This document shows positions 13,301-26,079 of a stretch of 64,000 nt of DNA, piece by piece. Positions within the stretch are counted from its first letter, which is position 1. Each line of letters begins with the position of its first letter. Position numbers and translations under genes: made by a program. The stretch covers positions 192,014,001 to 192,078,000 of the forward strand of contig OZ024740.1 in NCBI GenBank assembly GCA_964016885.1. Direction: 5' to 3'. Under the pieces are notes generated by a model. The model made no database searches and was not told the origin of the DNA. It worked only from the letters and a program-made list of their open reading frames with translations. Origin of the DNA: Eledone cirrhosa. Taxonomy: Eukaryota.

Positions 13301-13712
13301 GGCTGAGGTTAGACAACTTTCTCTCCGGCGAGCAACTGATTCGTTTTTTGAAATATCTTTTTGGAAGAAGAATCAGGATGGCGAGAGGGGTGCTGTACCC
13401 CAGTAAATTTTATAAAAGGTGGGTGAATGTGGCAAAGATGGCCCGACTGGTTGTGCCTTCTCTCTATATAAGCCTGTAGGTTGAGGAAAAAGAGGAAAAA
13501 GAGGAAGGGAGTACTCACTCTTGGTGCTCCTGGATATGAGGGTTGTACATTTTTTCGGGAAGTCTACAACCGCCGTGTAACGCCTTCCCCCTATTGGGGA
13601 TTTCAATTGTTATTTGTTATTTTATTAATAGTTTTATTTTCATATACTTGTATGTAAACTCCCCATTTGTATTTGTTACCTTCTTTTGTGCCCTTGTGGC
13701 TAATAAAGAAAT
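10345..13712 (+). mobile_element. Tx1-like copy B: ORF2 (APE endonuclease, RT, zinc finger) pseudogene
   Basis: GDWNGILD, DHKLV, GPGYWKLN, KSPGLD, DQSKAFDRVDH, RQGCPLS, YADEVT. ORF2 stop at 13477-13479, AATAAA at about 13702, then (TATC)n. Confidence 0.95.
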
Positions 13713-13715
13713 GTA

Positions 13716-13798
13716 TATATCTATCTATCTATCTATCTATCTATCTACCTAACTACCCATCTCGCTATTTATCTATCCGTCAATCTATCTATCTATCT
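13716..13798. repeat. (TATC)n microsatellite, partly degenerate
   Basis: Direct observation. Confidence 0.9.
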
Positions 13799-16199
13799 AA
13801 TTATTTACCGAAAGTTTAGAATGTATTTATACATTTGATTAAAGTCATATATACACTTGGATGGTTACTGTTTCACGGCCTATCCCCATCGAACAGTACA
13901 AATAATATACGAACGATCGCGATTTAAACATCAACACAATCATAAAGTTAAATAATGGTTTCTTGAGAAACGTATTTTCTTCTTTGCCTTACGGTTCGAC
14001 TACAATATTATCTATTGGAAATTTGATATAATTGTGTACGTTTGCTAGATGTCATCTTTAACTGCCTGTATTTCGATACACATCCACACTAGATACAAAT
14101 TGTTCATTATAATTATAGTAATTCGTCAGTTATTGGACATTGCTGTCAGAGTAGCAATATCCTGTTAATAAACGTATATGATTTCATTATCAACTTCTAT
14201 GAAGCAAATTATCCATTAAAATGAGGGACACATTTATTCAATGTATTTTTTTATCCCCTTTCTATTCTCATCTCTCACATTTCTCTTAGATACAATGTTT
14301 ACAGTTTTCATAACGTTGAAACTCATGAGAAATTCACTTGTCATTACTAGAAACTGTTGTACATTACAACTGCATTGTTATCACAAGGAACATAATAATT
14401 AATTTCGGTGCGAAACTGAACTCATAGTTTCTGAATTCCTACAAATAGGAACATAATGAAATGCCTTATTGTTGTGTATATGACGATATGATTCAGAGAA
14501 TAATTGTCAATCACATTTATCATTCTATTAGGCTGCATTCTCCTCTACACATATTTAACATGCTTTTAACTGCCCATTAGCAAAGAATTGTTAGATGTTG
14601 ATTTCACTATTCACTTTTCTAACATTTCATTATGGATATGTATGCTTCGAAAGGGTAATTATATTTAATTAATGACTGCGCACGCAAACGTAATGTAAAC
14701 CCCTCGTAGTTCTTCTTTATCTCTGTCTATTATAATTCGTATCCTGAAACCTCAGACAACTCGGAGTAATAGTTCATAGATTGCATTCGATTTATTGGTT
14801 TCTAGTGCTAATGTTTTCAACTAGAATAAATGCGGGTAATTAAAGAGGTGGGATTTGAGTTTCATTTTTATTAACGCGTTTTGAAAAGTCTTTATCCTAC
14901 TTGACGGCCTACTGTCAGAACTGTTTCTATTGAACGAATATTTACCGTAAATAAAATTATTGCTTTGATACATATTATAACCGTTATACTACATCTTTCT
15001 GTCTCAGTAAACCCCTAAGTAACGTGCCTAGATATAAGCTTCATCCGTTTCAGATTCCTTTAATCAGAAACTTTCTGTAAGATAGCACCAACTTAGCGTC
15101 GTCCTGATCTATACACTATAAAATATGGTGTACACGAAGGTTTAATTAAATAAGTCACTCTCTTACTGTTGTACCTACCTACTGTAACCTCAAAGATTTC
15201 CATTCGTCATTAAATCTCCCTATCCTTCTGCTCATAAGCGCCATCAACATACTTGTTGGACACTTCAAAGCAGACAGGAAATATATTGATTATGGAAACA
15301 TTAAAAAACCGTCTCCAAATGTATATGCCATAAAAATCCCCATGAATACCACAAACAAAAACATTTAATATCGAGGTAAACATTTTCATCCACCTCATAA
15401 TATTGAACCACACGTCAAATAAACCAAATTCACAACACATTCTAGCAAGAAGTCAACCAGGAGCATTTCTTCGGGCGTTCAAGGACTGCGTTTTTGTCAA
15501 CCATTTTCAGTGAAATACATGCAAAATAGGTTGAGATGTGGTAACGTTTGCTTCATGATGAATATGTTCTTGGTTAAGGGGTCATTTATATGTATATATA
15601 TGCTTGTGTGTGTAAGATGTTATGCGTTTTTATATGCGTGCGTGTGTCCAGAGCGATTATGGGTGCGCATATTGCAATCTTCTGCATGTGTACACTGTAG
15701 GATTTACACTCATTTGAATATGCGTTGTATTTAAGGAATAAGTAATATAAGTTAATTAGAAGCGAACAGAACAGTAATTGTAAGAGATAAAGTGACTGAT
15801 CAGTAGTTTATCTTTAAATTATATCGTGGACAGAAATCGTCTTAATGCCAATCAAATTCTTTACTGCTGTAAGTCTCATGTATTTATCATTGAAATTCGA
15901 AGACAGGGTATCCCTTATTGATCTATGTTAATGTGGTGTTGCTTCCTTCATAGATTTGTGTATGTTATATATTTTTATCGATCTTGATTAATGGAATAGT
16001 TAAATGTCATATATTTAAATGTATACATCATATCAGTTATGCAATTATCATTAGTGTCATTATTTAATCTGAAAACAGAATGTTGAAGATTAAAGGTAAT
16101 CGTCAAATGCACAGGATTTTGTAACGCAGCGAGTTGAAACCAGCGGGAATAATGTGGGCGAGAATTGATTTCAAGTGAATCATTTGACACTGGCGGTGT

Positions 16200-16762
16200 A
16201 TTCAATTGGTCTATTGGTTACTATGCAGAACGGTAGAGGGAGAAAGAGAGAAACGAGTATGATATTATTTGACATGAGTGATGAGTGGGCGGAGGGAATA
16301 TATTCATATAACCCTATACAACGTAAGATGCTTGTGTCTCTCTTTGATATTTACATATAGAAGGTCGGTAAGAGAATGATCTCATCACAATCCCACATAA
16401 ATGAGTCATAGCACTAACACAGCGTGATTCCAAATAAAGGCGTATATAAAACTATCTGGTAGACACGCTGTAACTAACAACATAATGTTTTAAGTCTGCG
16501 TGTTCTGACATATATGCGTAGCTTGTGAATAAAAAATACTCAAGGGGTTTCGCTGTCCGTGGTGATCCCTGCCAAACATCTTCTTTAATGTATCGTTATA
16601 TTGGCTAATTTCATCGTCTTATTGGCTAATCAACCAATGAGAGTAATTGTTGCTCAAAAGCATCCCCCACTTTGTTTGCACGTTTATTTATCGTTTCGCT
16701 TTCGAATATTCCCCCTCTATTTCGTCGTTTATCATCAAAATATGTTTCTCGTTTTGGTAAGT
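16200..16762 (+). promoter_or_regulatory. Candidate host Pol II promoter and first exon
   Basis: Clustered CCAAT boxes (ATTGG at about 16205, 16212, 16600, 16621; CCAAT at 16634), GC box GGGCGG at about 16287, and consensus donor TTG|GTAAGT at 16756/16757 followed by AT-rich intron-like DNA. Confidence 0.4.
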
Positions 16763-17214
16763 TATATTGTTAATTTATATACGATTTTTTAAAATTTATA
16801 TTAACTATTTTTGTTCAGTTCGTTATAACATGCTTATAATATTGGTTGTATCATATTTACTTGTATACTTGTCCAGATTATTGTTCGTTTTATGTTAGAT
16901 TATTTTATTATCATTATGTTAGATTAATTTTTTTTATTATGTTAGACTATTTGTATGTAATATTTAATTTGTATTAAATCCACTATAACAATTATTATGT
17001 AAAATATATTTATTTAATATTGATTGTTTTTTGTAGTTGTTTATATTAAAAGTCTACAAAAAATACTCTTATACATCTTACAATAATATTTATAAGATGA
17101 TTTATGAAATAACAATTATATAATCTAATTACATTACAACGATAATTTATTTTTAATATATATAATGTTTAACTACAGTTATTACAAGCCTTGCCTTAAA
17201 AAAATAAATATTAA

Positions 17215-17646
17215 ACTAGACCTGAAAAATGCGCAAGCTCAAAAGAGCGACAGAAAAAAAAAATGTGGGACTAGAGTTGTTTCTCAAAAACATTGTAATC
17301 ATTATCTATCGTACACTCTGTGGCATCCTATTATAAAAAAGAGACACATAACGGACTCAAGACGACACGATAATTATTTAAGTGAATTTATACTATAGAA
17401 TTCGGTTTAAGTGCATTTCGTATTAATCATTACTAAACATCTAATATGAGATATTGAACATTAGCTTAAATAATTATCGTGTCGTCTTGAGTTCGTTATG
17501 AGTCTTTTTTTTATAAAAGGATGCCACAGAGTGTACGATAGATAATGATTACAATATTTTTGAGCAACAACTCTAGTCCCACACTTTTGAAGCTTTATTA
17601 TAACATTCTGTGGCTCTTTGGAGCTTGCGCATTTTTCAGGTCTAGT
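17215..17646. mobile_element. MITE-like foldback element with ~170 bp inverted arms
   Basis: ACTAGACCTGAAAAATGCGCAAGCTC ... GAGCTTGCGCATTTTTCAGGTCTAGT; arms 17215-17382 and 17465-17646 are reverse complements. Confidence 0.85.
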
Positions 17647-18569
17647 ATAAAATATGCTTGATTATCATAAAGATATATAGATAAATGTTCTATATATAAC
17701 ATATTAACATAGCAAATATATCCTTGAAAATGTTATGTCAATTCCCCAAGTTCCTTTTTCTTCTCTCAACGCTGACCTTTCTGGCTCTCTCCATGTTTCT
17801 CTCTATAATATACGAACACAAAACAGAAACAACGGTGAAAACTATAGAGTAAAAATAAATATGCACACATATTTATATGCATACATGTGTGTATGCGTAT
17901 GTTATCGTGTGTGTGTGTTTGTGAGTGTGTGCGCGCGCGCGCGTGTGTGTGTGTGTGTGTGTGTGTGTAGACTGTTTTGTATAGCTATACTCTATGCTTC
18001 GTGTTATATAATTATTTGTTTAAAAATATATTAGTATCATATGCCTGCATACATGTTTAACATCTCTTACTAAAGTGTTACACCATATTATGATTTCATA
18101 TTCCCATCATATTATCGGCTGATATCGCATTCTTATTCGATATTTCAACCAATATTCATCAATTTATCTCATTCTCTATATCTCCAACCAACTCACATTT
18201 ACGATATAAGTATCGATTTGTTCCAGTCTGAGAAAATGTAACACAAATGTGTTCAATATCTGTAATACATTTAATCAATGATACAATATTATAAGCTTGG
18301 CTTCATATATGTTAAACGTAGGTTAGATTTACCAACGCCATGAGAGGTTGATTCATGCTTATATTAATATACTATGTATTGCATTCACAAATCTGTAGCA
18401 TATATTAGCTCTGTGAAGAATCGCTTCCAACAGAGTTAACTGTCCATGTGAAAAGCCTTTCAGAATTAATCTAAGAATGTTTTCAATCTCCAAGCGTATT
18501 GATTGCTTTCTGCCTTTGAGATACACCCTCTCTCTTCATCCCTATCTATCTGAATATCTATCTATCTCA

Positions 18570-18739
<170 letters not shown>

Positions 18740-19439
18740 ATGCATGTGTATATTATAAATGTGTGTTTGTGTTTATGGGGAGGTCTCCAAGATTGACCAA
18801 TTCTGTATTTTACGTTTCTCAGAATGTAATTTTATGATTTTCAAAATGGCCATTACTGAGCATATGTCTCCTTATTGATATAAGATATACATAATACATA
18901 TATATCATGCACTGCTAGAGTTACAACGGAACATCTGACATTTACACTTAATAAATATTAATAACCTATTATTTCGTTTGCCAAGCAGATTTTGAATTAT
19001 TGATTTCTAACATATTCACATGGTCTCGAAATTTGAACGACTCGTATAGCACAGCGCAGGTTATCACTAACACATTCAAATTCACCGAGGCAACAGAAGG
19101 AAATGTAAAGTTCTCCGATACACTATGTATTAAACTAGTCCTATAGTAATTCATAGATAATGCGTAAGGACATTTGGTAAAATAGCGTAAACTACTTTAT
19201 TCATGACATCCAGTATTCTTATGCGTGGAATGTATCTGACATTCATCAGTATTGTAGTAGGGGAATGTTAGAAATATACTATATGACTATAATTATTTTG
19301 GTAATTATTATTATTTTTTTTTATTTAGTAACAATAACATCATAAATAGAAAGGGTGTAATTTTGAAGACTGTAAATACGCTGTGTTCACTTGATTGGTC
19401 TGGGTTAGACTAATGTTATTATGACATTTGCAGGATCAC

Positions 19440-20300
19440 CGAAATTATGTAAATGAAGTAGCTAATGCTCTCCTTGAAACGGTTGATGTTAACTGCTGGA
19501 TAAATACGCTGGGATGGGATTCCAAATAGTCCTGTGCAGGAGAAAAGGAACCTGCCCGTATTTGTACAGGGCTTGTTGGGACACAACAGTTTACTTGCTT
19601 TTCGTGTTTAAGGGAGAGCATTATAGTCCTAATCAACGTAGCCAGAGCAGAAGTGTGTTTAAGGTGTCTAAGTTGCATTGATTAAGGCTTAGGTTGAGGA
19701 TATTTGAGGGAAGTTAGATTGTAGTCCTCTCTCTGGTAACAGAGAGTGGGTCAGATATTTATTAATGGACGTTGCGATAGTGTCAGTTTATATAATACCA
19801 TAGATTTAAGGAAATCCATAGGCTGGTGATTGGACCAGGAGATTTGTGTAACGAACACGTCAGAAATTCTGCTGATATCGAAGGCAAGAACACTAAAGAG
19901 CCTACTGATGTGTGTCATAGAAGAATATGTCCTCGATCTATATGATTTTATGAATGCCGTACAAGAGTTCATTCACGTGGAACAGTAATATATTCAAAGT
20001 GTTGGTGAGAAGAAGGTTAATAGTTGTTACTATTGTTGGTAACGTCAATTGTCATCTTTCCTGGTTACAGAAAACGCTGCAATGTGTTTTGAAAAGTCTA
20101 GTAATATCCTTAGTGTGAACGGGATTACGACAGCGAAAAGAGCTAGGGTACAATTGTATGAACTCGATTAGAAAAGTGTCAACAACTGGGACCATTTTTG
20201 AGGCACATGTGAATAGTATATTGCGAGAGTGGGAGGCACTATTGCTTTGAAACAAGAGAAGCTGTTTTACTGTTTGTTGTGTGTATGTTTGTGTGTTGGT
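19440..20300 (-). mobile_element. Highly decayed CR1/L2-like LINE 3' region
   Basis: Frameshifted minus-strand pieces (GRFLFS / RTIWNPIP / AVNINRFKESI; NLTSLKY) resemble the CR1 C-terminal FFS.R..WN.LP..A....FK motif. Confidence 0.45.
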
Positions 20301-21780
20301 CTACTTGTTGATGTGGAAAGGGATAATTTACAAGGTAATGGAATCAGTGCCTGTAGTGCAGAGTTAAATGTAAAGTAGCCAGCAGGTCTAGCGCCTTCTC
20401 TACAGAGTTACCGCTTTAAAACTCCTAATGTTTCATAGATGTAGATCCTGTTCACCCGTATCTAACATGTGATGGAACGACAATAAAAATATTAGTTGTA
20501 TTATGAAGATTTGAATATCCGGTACATTACAGCTTCTGGTATTCCGAAACAGTTTCTGTCTATTGAATATCACTCGTAGTTTCTGAAACGTTCCTAATCT
20601 AATACAACTTAAGCACCACGTGACTTTGAATCAAAGCCAGCTCCTCTTGATTGCTGCGGCCTGACTATTTAAATATAAATTCCCTTCAGAACGTAATTAT
20701 CTTGAATTTAAATATATACATTCCCCATTTGAAAGATGTAGGGAAATATCAAAGTTTGAAATATCATTTCACTATAACCGTAGTTGCAAATATTTAAAAT
20801 GTACCTTCTCATGATGAGCGCTGTACTCCAGTAAGTTATATGACCTTGTAATAATTCATTAGATGCAATGTTATATGCGAAATTGAGGCGAACTATGACA
20901 TATCTTGTATATCAGTTTATTATGTGGAAATTAAATATTTGTAACTACGTGCATGTTATTAATAAATGATTTAGTACATATATTATAATATCTGATATGT
21001 TATATCAAGTAGGAGAACACTTATCAATTCCTGTCTTAGTTTTTTAATAGTAAGTCAATTCACCACCAGCACGCTTTTCATAAAAGATGTTCCAGATATG
21101 CACATCACATATTTTCATGCTTATGTCTGGGACAATATGTCGAATGTGACAACTTGTTTAATGGCTCCTCATATATTTACAACAAGAGTGTGGATGAAGC
21201 GTCAGTTTAAGATTTGAATGTCAATGATATGTAAGCACTTCCATTCCTCAGTTTTAAAAATTATCCGTTCACCTTGGTTTCATTTATATGTGAGGAATTC
21301 TAAACGTTACGCAATCCCTCTATTTCTTTATATTTCAAATATAGAAAATGTTTTCTTCGGTTTCAGATTATGCGAATTTACCACTTACTTAATATACCTA
21401 TTTTGTATGGATTATATAAGATTTAGATTCACAGGTTGCTCTATTAAATTGCTACTGCCTGTGCAGCATACTAAACTGTTTTGACACTAGAATATTTTCT
21501 AAGCGTTTTAAACAGTTATTTCTAGGCGTTATAAATTTTCCAATAGATAAAAAAATAAAAAATAAAAATGTAGCATGCAGTTGTAATTTATTTGAAGCTG
21601 AACATTCATGAACTAAATGTAATTGAATTTAAACTTTCATAGGTACAATATATTTATAATATGGGAAAAGTAATAAATTTAATGTCCTCGATATAAATTT
21701 TAATTTCAAAGTTTTATTAAATTTTAGCTTCATCTGTATTTGTAATGTCCAAATCCGTCATACAAAGATGTGTATGACTG

Positions 21781-21783
<3 letters not shown>

Positions 21784-21837
<54 letters not shown>

Positions 21838-21874
21838 ACACGCACGCACACACACACATACACACGCACACACT

Positions 21875-21956
<82 letters not shown>

Positions 21957-22009
21957 AATATGTATGTATATTTATATTTAAAGATATAGATATTTATAGG
22001 TATATATAA

Positions 22010-22055
<46 letters not shown>
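21784..22055. repeat. (CA)n and (TA)n microsatellites
   Basis: Direct observation. Confidence 0.95.
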
Positions 22056-22058
<3 letters not shown>

Positions 22059-25000
22059 CATATATTTATAGATAGATATGTATATGTGTGTGCGTTTGTG
22101 TGATATTTTATATATGTATGCGCGTCTGTACTAAGGTGTACTTAAGTGCATATTGGAAAAAAATTTCACCAATTTTATTATTAGATGGTTCGTACTTTAA
22201 ATGAATTTCTGAGTCAATAGGTAAAATTATAGATTTTACATTTGGGTGTCTGTTTGTGTGTTTGTTTGTGTAGGGATTTGAGCGCGTGTGTTTATTTTTT
22301 TTTTTTTTTATTGTGTAAGAATGTGTATATAGGTGCACAATTTAATAAATATTAATCGTAAATAAATGTTTTGTTGGATTATTGGTTAATTCTATATGTA
22401 AATCATCACCGAACGTTGGTTGCGGTAGAGAAGTCGAATACATAAACGTTCTCTTCGCATATCTTGGACGAAACCACGGCGTTTTATTTGCCATAGCCCC
22501 GCCTGACTACATTCATTGTTTGTGAAATTGTGTAGCCCGAAACGGTATATAAAGTGGTACGTTGTTCTGTATTTGCATTTGAAATGGCTAGTATCTCTGT
22601 GAATTATGTCCATTTCAGCGAAGAATTGAAATTTATAGGGACTTGGGTGATAATTTGGACACAATTCTCTCATAATCGTAATTATTATTTGTAAAGACAA
22701 CGGTGCTACAATAATACATTATATATGGGATTTAGTCATTATTGTATAGCTTGTATTCATATACGATCGTGGATACATATCTATCTTTCATATTAAAATG
22801 TGTGCTTTAGTAGTGTAAAACTACTGTAACGCTAAATGGAGGATGATGTGAGTAGACTTTGTGAGTCTGAGCTGTGAGGTGATAATTTCACATCGTTGTG
22901 GAAGTACAGTGTGGCTGTGTGTATGCAGAATTAAAGAGGGGGGAGGAAGGTGAGAGGGAGAAGAACATTTGAGTTCTTTATTAAAGTGTCGATCGCGCCG
23001 TGAACAGGGAATGATAAGTATGTGGGTATGGAAGACGAAGAGAGAAAGATAGATAGAATCTAGGCGAAATCGGTAGTGACGGCGAGGCAAAAAACAGAAA
23101 GGGCATGGAAAGAAAATGTGTTTGGAGGTTGGGAATTAAAAGAGAAAAATATAGAGAGATAAAATAAAAAGATAGAGAGAGACAGGGAGAGATAGAGAAA
23201 AACTAGTTTTACGAAATATTTCATTTATCCTCAAATTATATTCTAGTAAAATAAGTCCATTTTACTTTCCTTACTTTGTTTTATTCGATTTATTTTGTTA
23301 CTTTTATACGTCACTGTTTATCAGGTATATTATTTGGATACATATGAAGCCAAATGGGGAGTAATAATATATTACTAAAAGAGTCTTCATCTAATTCAGC
23401 ACTCTATGTATTTACGTGAATTGTATATTCAGTAGTAAAGTTCTAATTAACAGCGGAGTGTTTATATTAAGAATAAGATATTAATGTTTCAATTTCACAT
23501 AACTTCTTCGCAATCACACGTAGCCCGTGTTTCGAATTTTCACATCTCGTAGATTTAATCGATTAGAATCGGCTTTTATCAACTAAATGCATTGGAGATC
23601 ATCACTGAACATTTGTTAATTTGCGCTTTATAACGCTGAATATAAATGGACATGTACCTACGAGACAATTTAGCTATGTGATTACTTCGTATTCATGTTG
23701 TGCGTTAAGTTGTGGGAATTCAATTGTCGATTATACATAGTCTCTTATTTCAGATGTTTTTTGAGGGGGTTGACATATCTAATTGTGCTATGTACACATT
23801 GAAGTAAGACTTCGGTAAAGTGTGATTTGAGGGACGTCTCAATTATTTTTCTACCAAATAGATTAATAAAGGTGAAACAGCGTCGTTGGTTCCATTAAAG
23901 CACTCGCATGCAAACGTTACTCAATCCATCTGATCTATGATTTGTATAATAATTATCACTCTTCCAGAAACTGACATTAATATTGGTGTGTCGATGTATG
24001 ATTATACAATGTAAATCCATAGCATTTTATAACACGTTACAAGAGTATTTATATTTATAGAGTTTTATACAACAAATGTCGTTACGGAAATGATTTACTA
24101 ATCTTATATTTCATTTTGTCTCACTTTCACACATTGCTTACCGTCTATACAAAAAGACTATTCATAATTCAAGTACTTCATATATAGAAATAGATACTGT
24201 TAATCGATCTTTATGACAATGGAAGAGTGTGAACAGGTTTAAATGGGAAATATATGGTTGTATATAAAATATACAACCTCCGAGGCAACTTTATTTTCTG
24301 TAACTACTCAACACTCATGAAAAGGTTAATCTCAAAAATTAATTAAATAGAATGCTAAAGAATGTGATGTTACTATCCTATTAACAGTTCTAATTGTTTG
24401 AGACGTTTTAAACATTGATAGGATTTCAAAATAAATTATCTCTCTGGCGTAAAATCAATTCAGGTGTTGGAATTAAACTGCTCTATATTGGCGATTCTAT
24501 TGGCCTAATAAAGTCTCTAATTCAAAAACTTTTGAAACTATTAGACACTCATTGTATAGGAAGTATCGCTGAATAAGCAAATATTATGTAGTTTTATGGT
24601 TAAAATGTAATATACATTTCGAGAAATTCGTATCATGAATAAGAATCTGGGCTTTTGTTCATAAGGTTTAAGAATTTTGCATGTTAATTAAACAGTTCTA
24701 TTTCTCCGTGGGAATTGACAAAAAAATGCAACGAATTGAAAAAAAATTATAAAGAAATTCATTCTATTCATTCATTGACATTTTACGTTCACGTCATTAA
24801 TATATCCTAAACGGAAACTTAATACATCATAACGGAATTCCATAGTATGTGTGCAAGTGGAGATATTTTCAATGGATAGTTCCAAGTAGATTTACATACC
24901 TAACGTCATATCTGAACATTAGACGGAAAAAAGCAAATCTGTCAAATTGCAGTATATGGCTTTTGTTGAATTCAAAATGCTGCATAGTTTCAACCCAATA

Positions 25001-25861
25001 TTCAGAATGAAACAATTATATTGATATCAATGATAAATCCAATAAGTCAAAATCCATAACCCTGATACGATATTCATTGTTGTTACTCTAGTCGGCGTTT
25101 TTTTAAAGGACATACTTTTGAACTTCCTGAAAGTTATACTTTCTACAAAAACGAGCCAGTGAGAGCACTTTTCTGAAGCTGCACATCAGAAATAGGAGTC
25201 TGATTTGTTTGTTTGTTTTCTTCAAAGGAGGTTACTTTGGTCTATTTCTGAGGTTGATTATTCCTCTATATCTCTTTCTCGCTTCCTCTCTCTCGCCCTC
25301 TTTCATTCTCTAGAATAAATATACTGTTGAGCTGGAGATGGATGGGCTCCACCAGGCTTAAAATGCCCAGCAAAACGTGAATGCAACAACGGCACCCCTA
25401 CAGTTCCATCGAGTGTGATGAGATCCTAACATCTATAATTATAATGCACAACATGTCTTTCCCATTTGCCAGAGGCCAACGTATAACTTTAATAGAAAGT
25501 TTACAATAATGTTGAATGATCTGTTTAGAACTTTATTTGTTGTAGCTTATATTAATATTTAAACGTTGTAGGGTGATTACAGTGTTTAGATTTCCTATGA
25601 CATAGTTTTTATGTTTTGCATATGTATTTTTCTTGACTGATATATGAAATGATGTTTCCAGATTTTGAATAAATTTATATGACATATTGTACGAGAAAGC
25701 GAATATTCAGGTATCTTGTAGGAAGATACTAACAATTTCTATTAAAAATCATTATTCTTTAAATAATAAATCATAACATAAATTGTTAATGCCTATGAAA
25801 AGAGCACGCATAAGATTATTTGTTAAATCATGTAAAATCAATGTTGATATAAGTAATAATA

Positions 25862-26012
25862 ATATTTCCTATTTCTGGCACAAGGCCAGCAAATAAACCA
25901 GTGCATTACTAGTACTTTATTTTATCGATCACGTAAGGATGGAAGCAAAGGAAACTTCGGCGTGATTTGAACTCAGAACGTAAGGGGCCATAGCAATATC
26001 CTGCAAAGCTAG
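25862..26012 (-). mobile_element. tRNA-derived SINE, partial
   Basis: Aligns with the SINE at 631-820 (GGCACAAGGCCAGCAA, TACTTTATTTTATCGA, TTTGAACTCAG). Confidence 0.8.
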
Positions 26013-26029
26013 GTAATGACGATGATAAC

Positions 26030-26030
<1 letters not shown>

Positions 26031-26077
<47 letters not shown>
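26031..26077. repeat. (TAA)n microsatellite at the 3' end of Tx1-like copy C
   Basis: Direct observation. Confidence 0.95.

Positions 26078-26079
<2 letters not shown>

Noticed and set aside
15178-15503. Possible minus-strand exon (ATGGTTGAC... to AG|GTAGGT)
   Set aside because: All frames are interrupted by stops and no family is recognisable.
19190-19260. CTGATGA on the minus strand as a hammerhead core
   Set aside because: No correctly placed GAAA/UH and no convincing stem I.
24490-24520. Paired ATTGG boxes
   Set aside because: No accompanying start, exon or donor evidence; expected by chance.
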